From: Octopus bimaculoides
Lineage: Eukaryota
DNA length: 32,935 nucleotides
Reading direction: 5' to 3'
Assembly: GCF_001194135.2 (NCBI RefSeq)
Contig: NC_068988.1
Location: forward strand, 11,762,772 to 11,795,706
Shown: in pieces, positions 32,844-32,935 of the stretch
Position numbering within the stretch: position 1 is the stretch's first letter
Layout: each line of letters starts with the position of its first letter
Position numbers and translations under genes: made by a program
The notes under the pieces: generated by a model
Seen by the model: only the letters and a program-made list of their open reading frames with translations
Told to the model about the DNA's origin: nothing
Database searches by the model: none

Positions 32844-32935
32844 TTGCGTGTGTGTATATGTATGTATGTAGAAAGATAAATGTTTGATTTTGTATGTATA
32901 TTTGTATAAGTGTCTAGGAGTGTGTACATATATGC
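32185..32935. repeat. Long degenerate (GT)/(AT) low-complexity tract
   Basis: Direct reading; source of the C/V/Y and H/T pseudo-ORFs. Confidence 0.9.

Overview
Repeat-saturated, AT-rich animal non-coding DNA (intergenic or a large intron), most likely from an octopus draft assembly. The taxon is inferred from my recognition of the tRNA-derived SINE families and the microsatellite load, not from a database search. About 5 kb (~15%) is N, in 13 gaps that almost all abut microsatellites. No intact protein-coding gene can be supported; nearly all ORFs in the track are microsatellite, low-complexity or N-run artefacts. Recognisable content: (i) at least three tRNA-head SINE groups, labelled A, B/D and C here, in many full, deleted, tandem, permuted and inverted copies; (ii) decayed coding remnants of an RTE-clade LINE (12924-13460), a mariner transposase (13619-14213, minus) and two stacked R4/Dong-like RLE LINE 3' ends (21216-21784); (iii) an 83-bp pogo/Tigger-like MITE; (iv) many simple and compound microsatellites. 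The most notable unexplained structure is a type I hammerhead ribozyme motif (CUGACGA / 12-bp stem II / GAAAC / GUA) enclosed by 54-bp inverted repeats at 28020-28231. Secondary candidates are a SINE-head/RTE-tail chimera, inverted SINE pairs as possible ADAR substrates, a pre-miRNA-sized hairpin, a five-tract G-quadruplex and a weak two-exon splice candidate.
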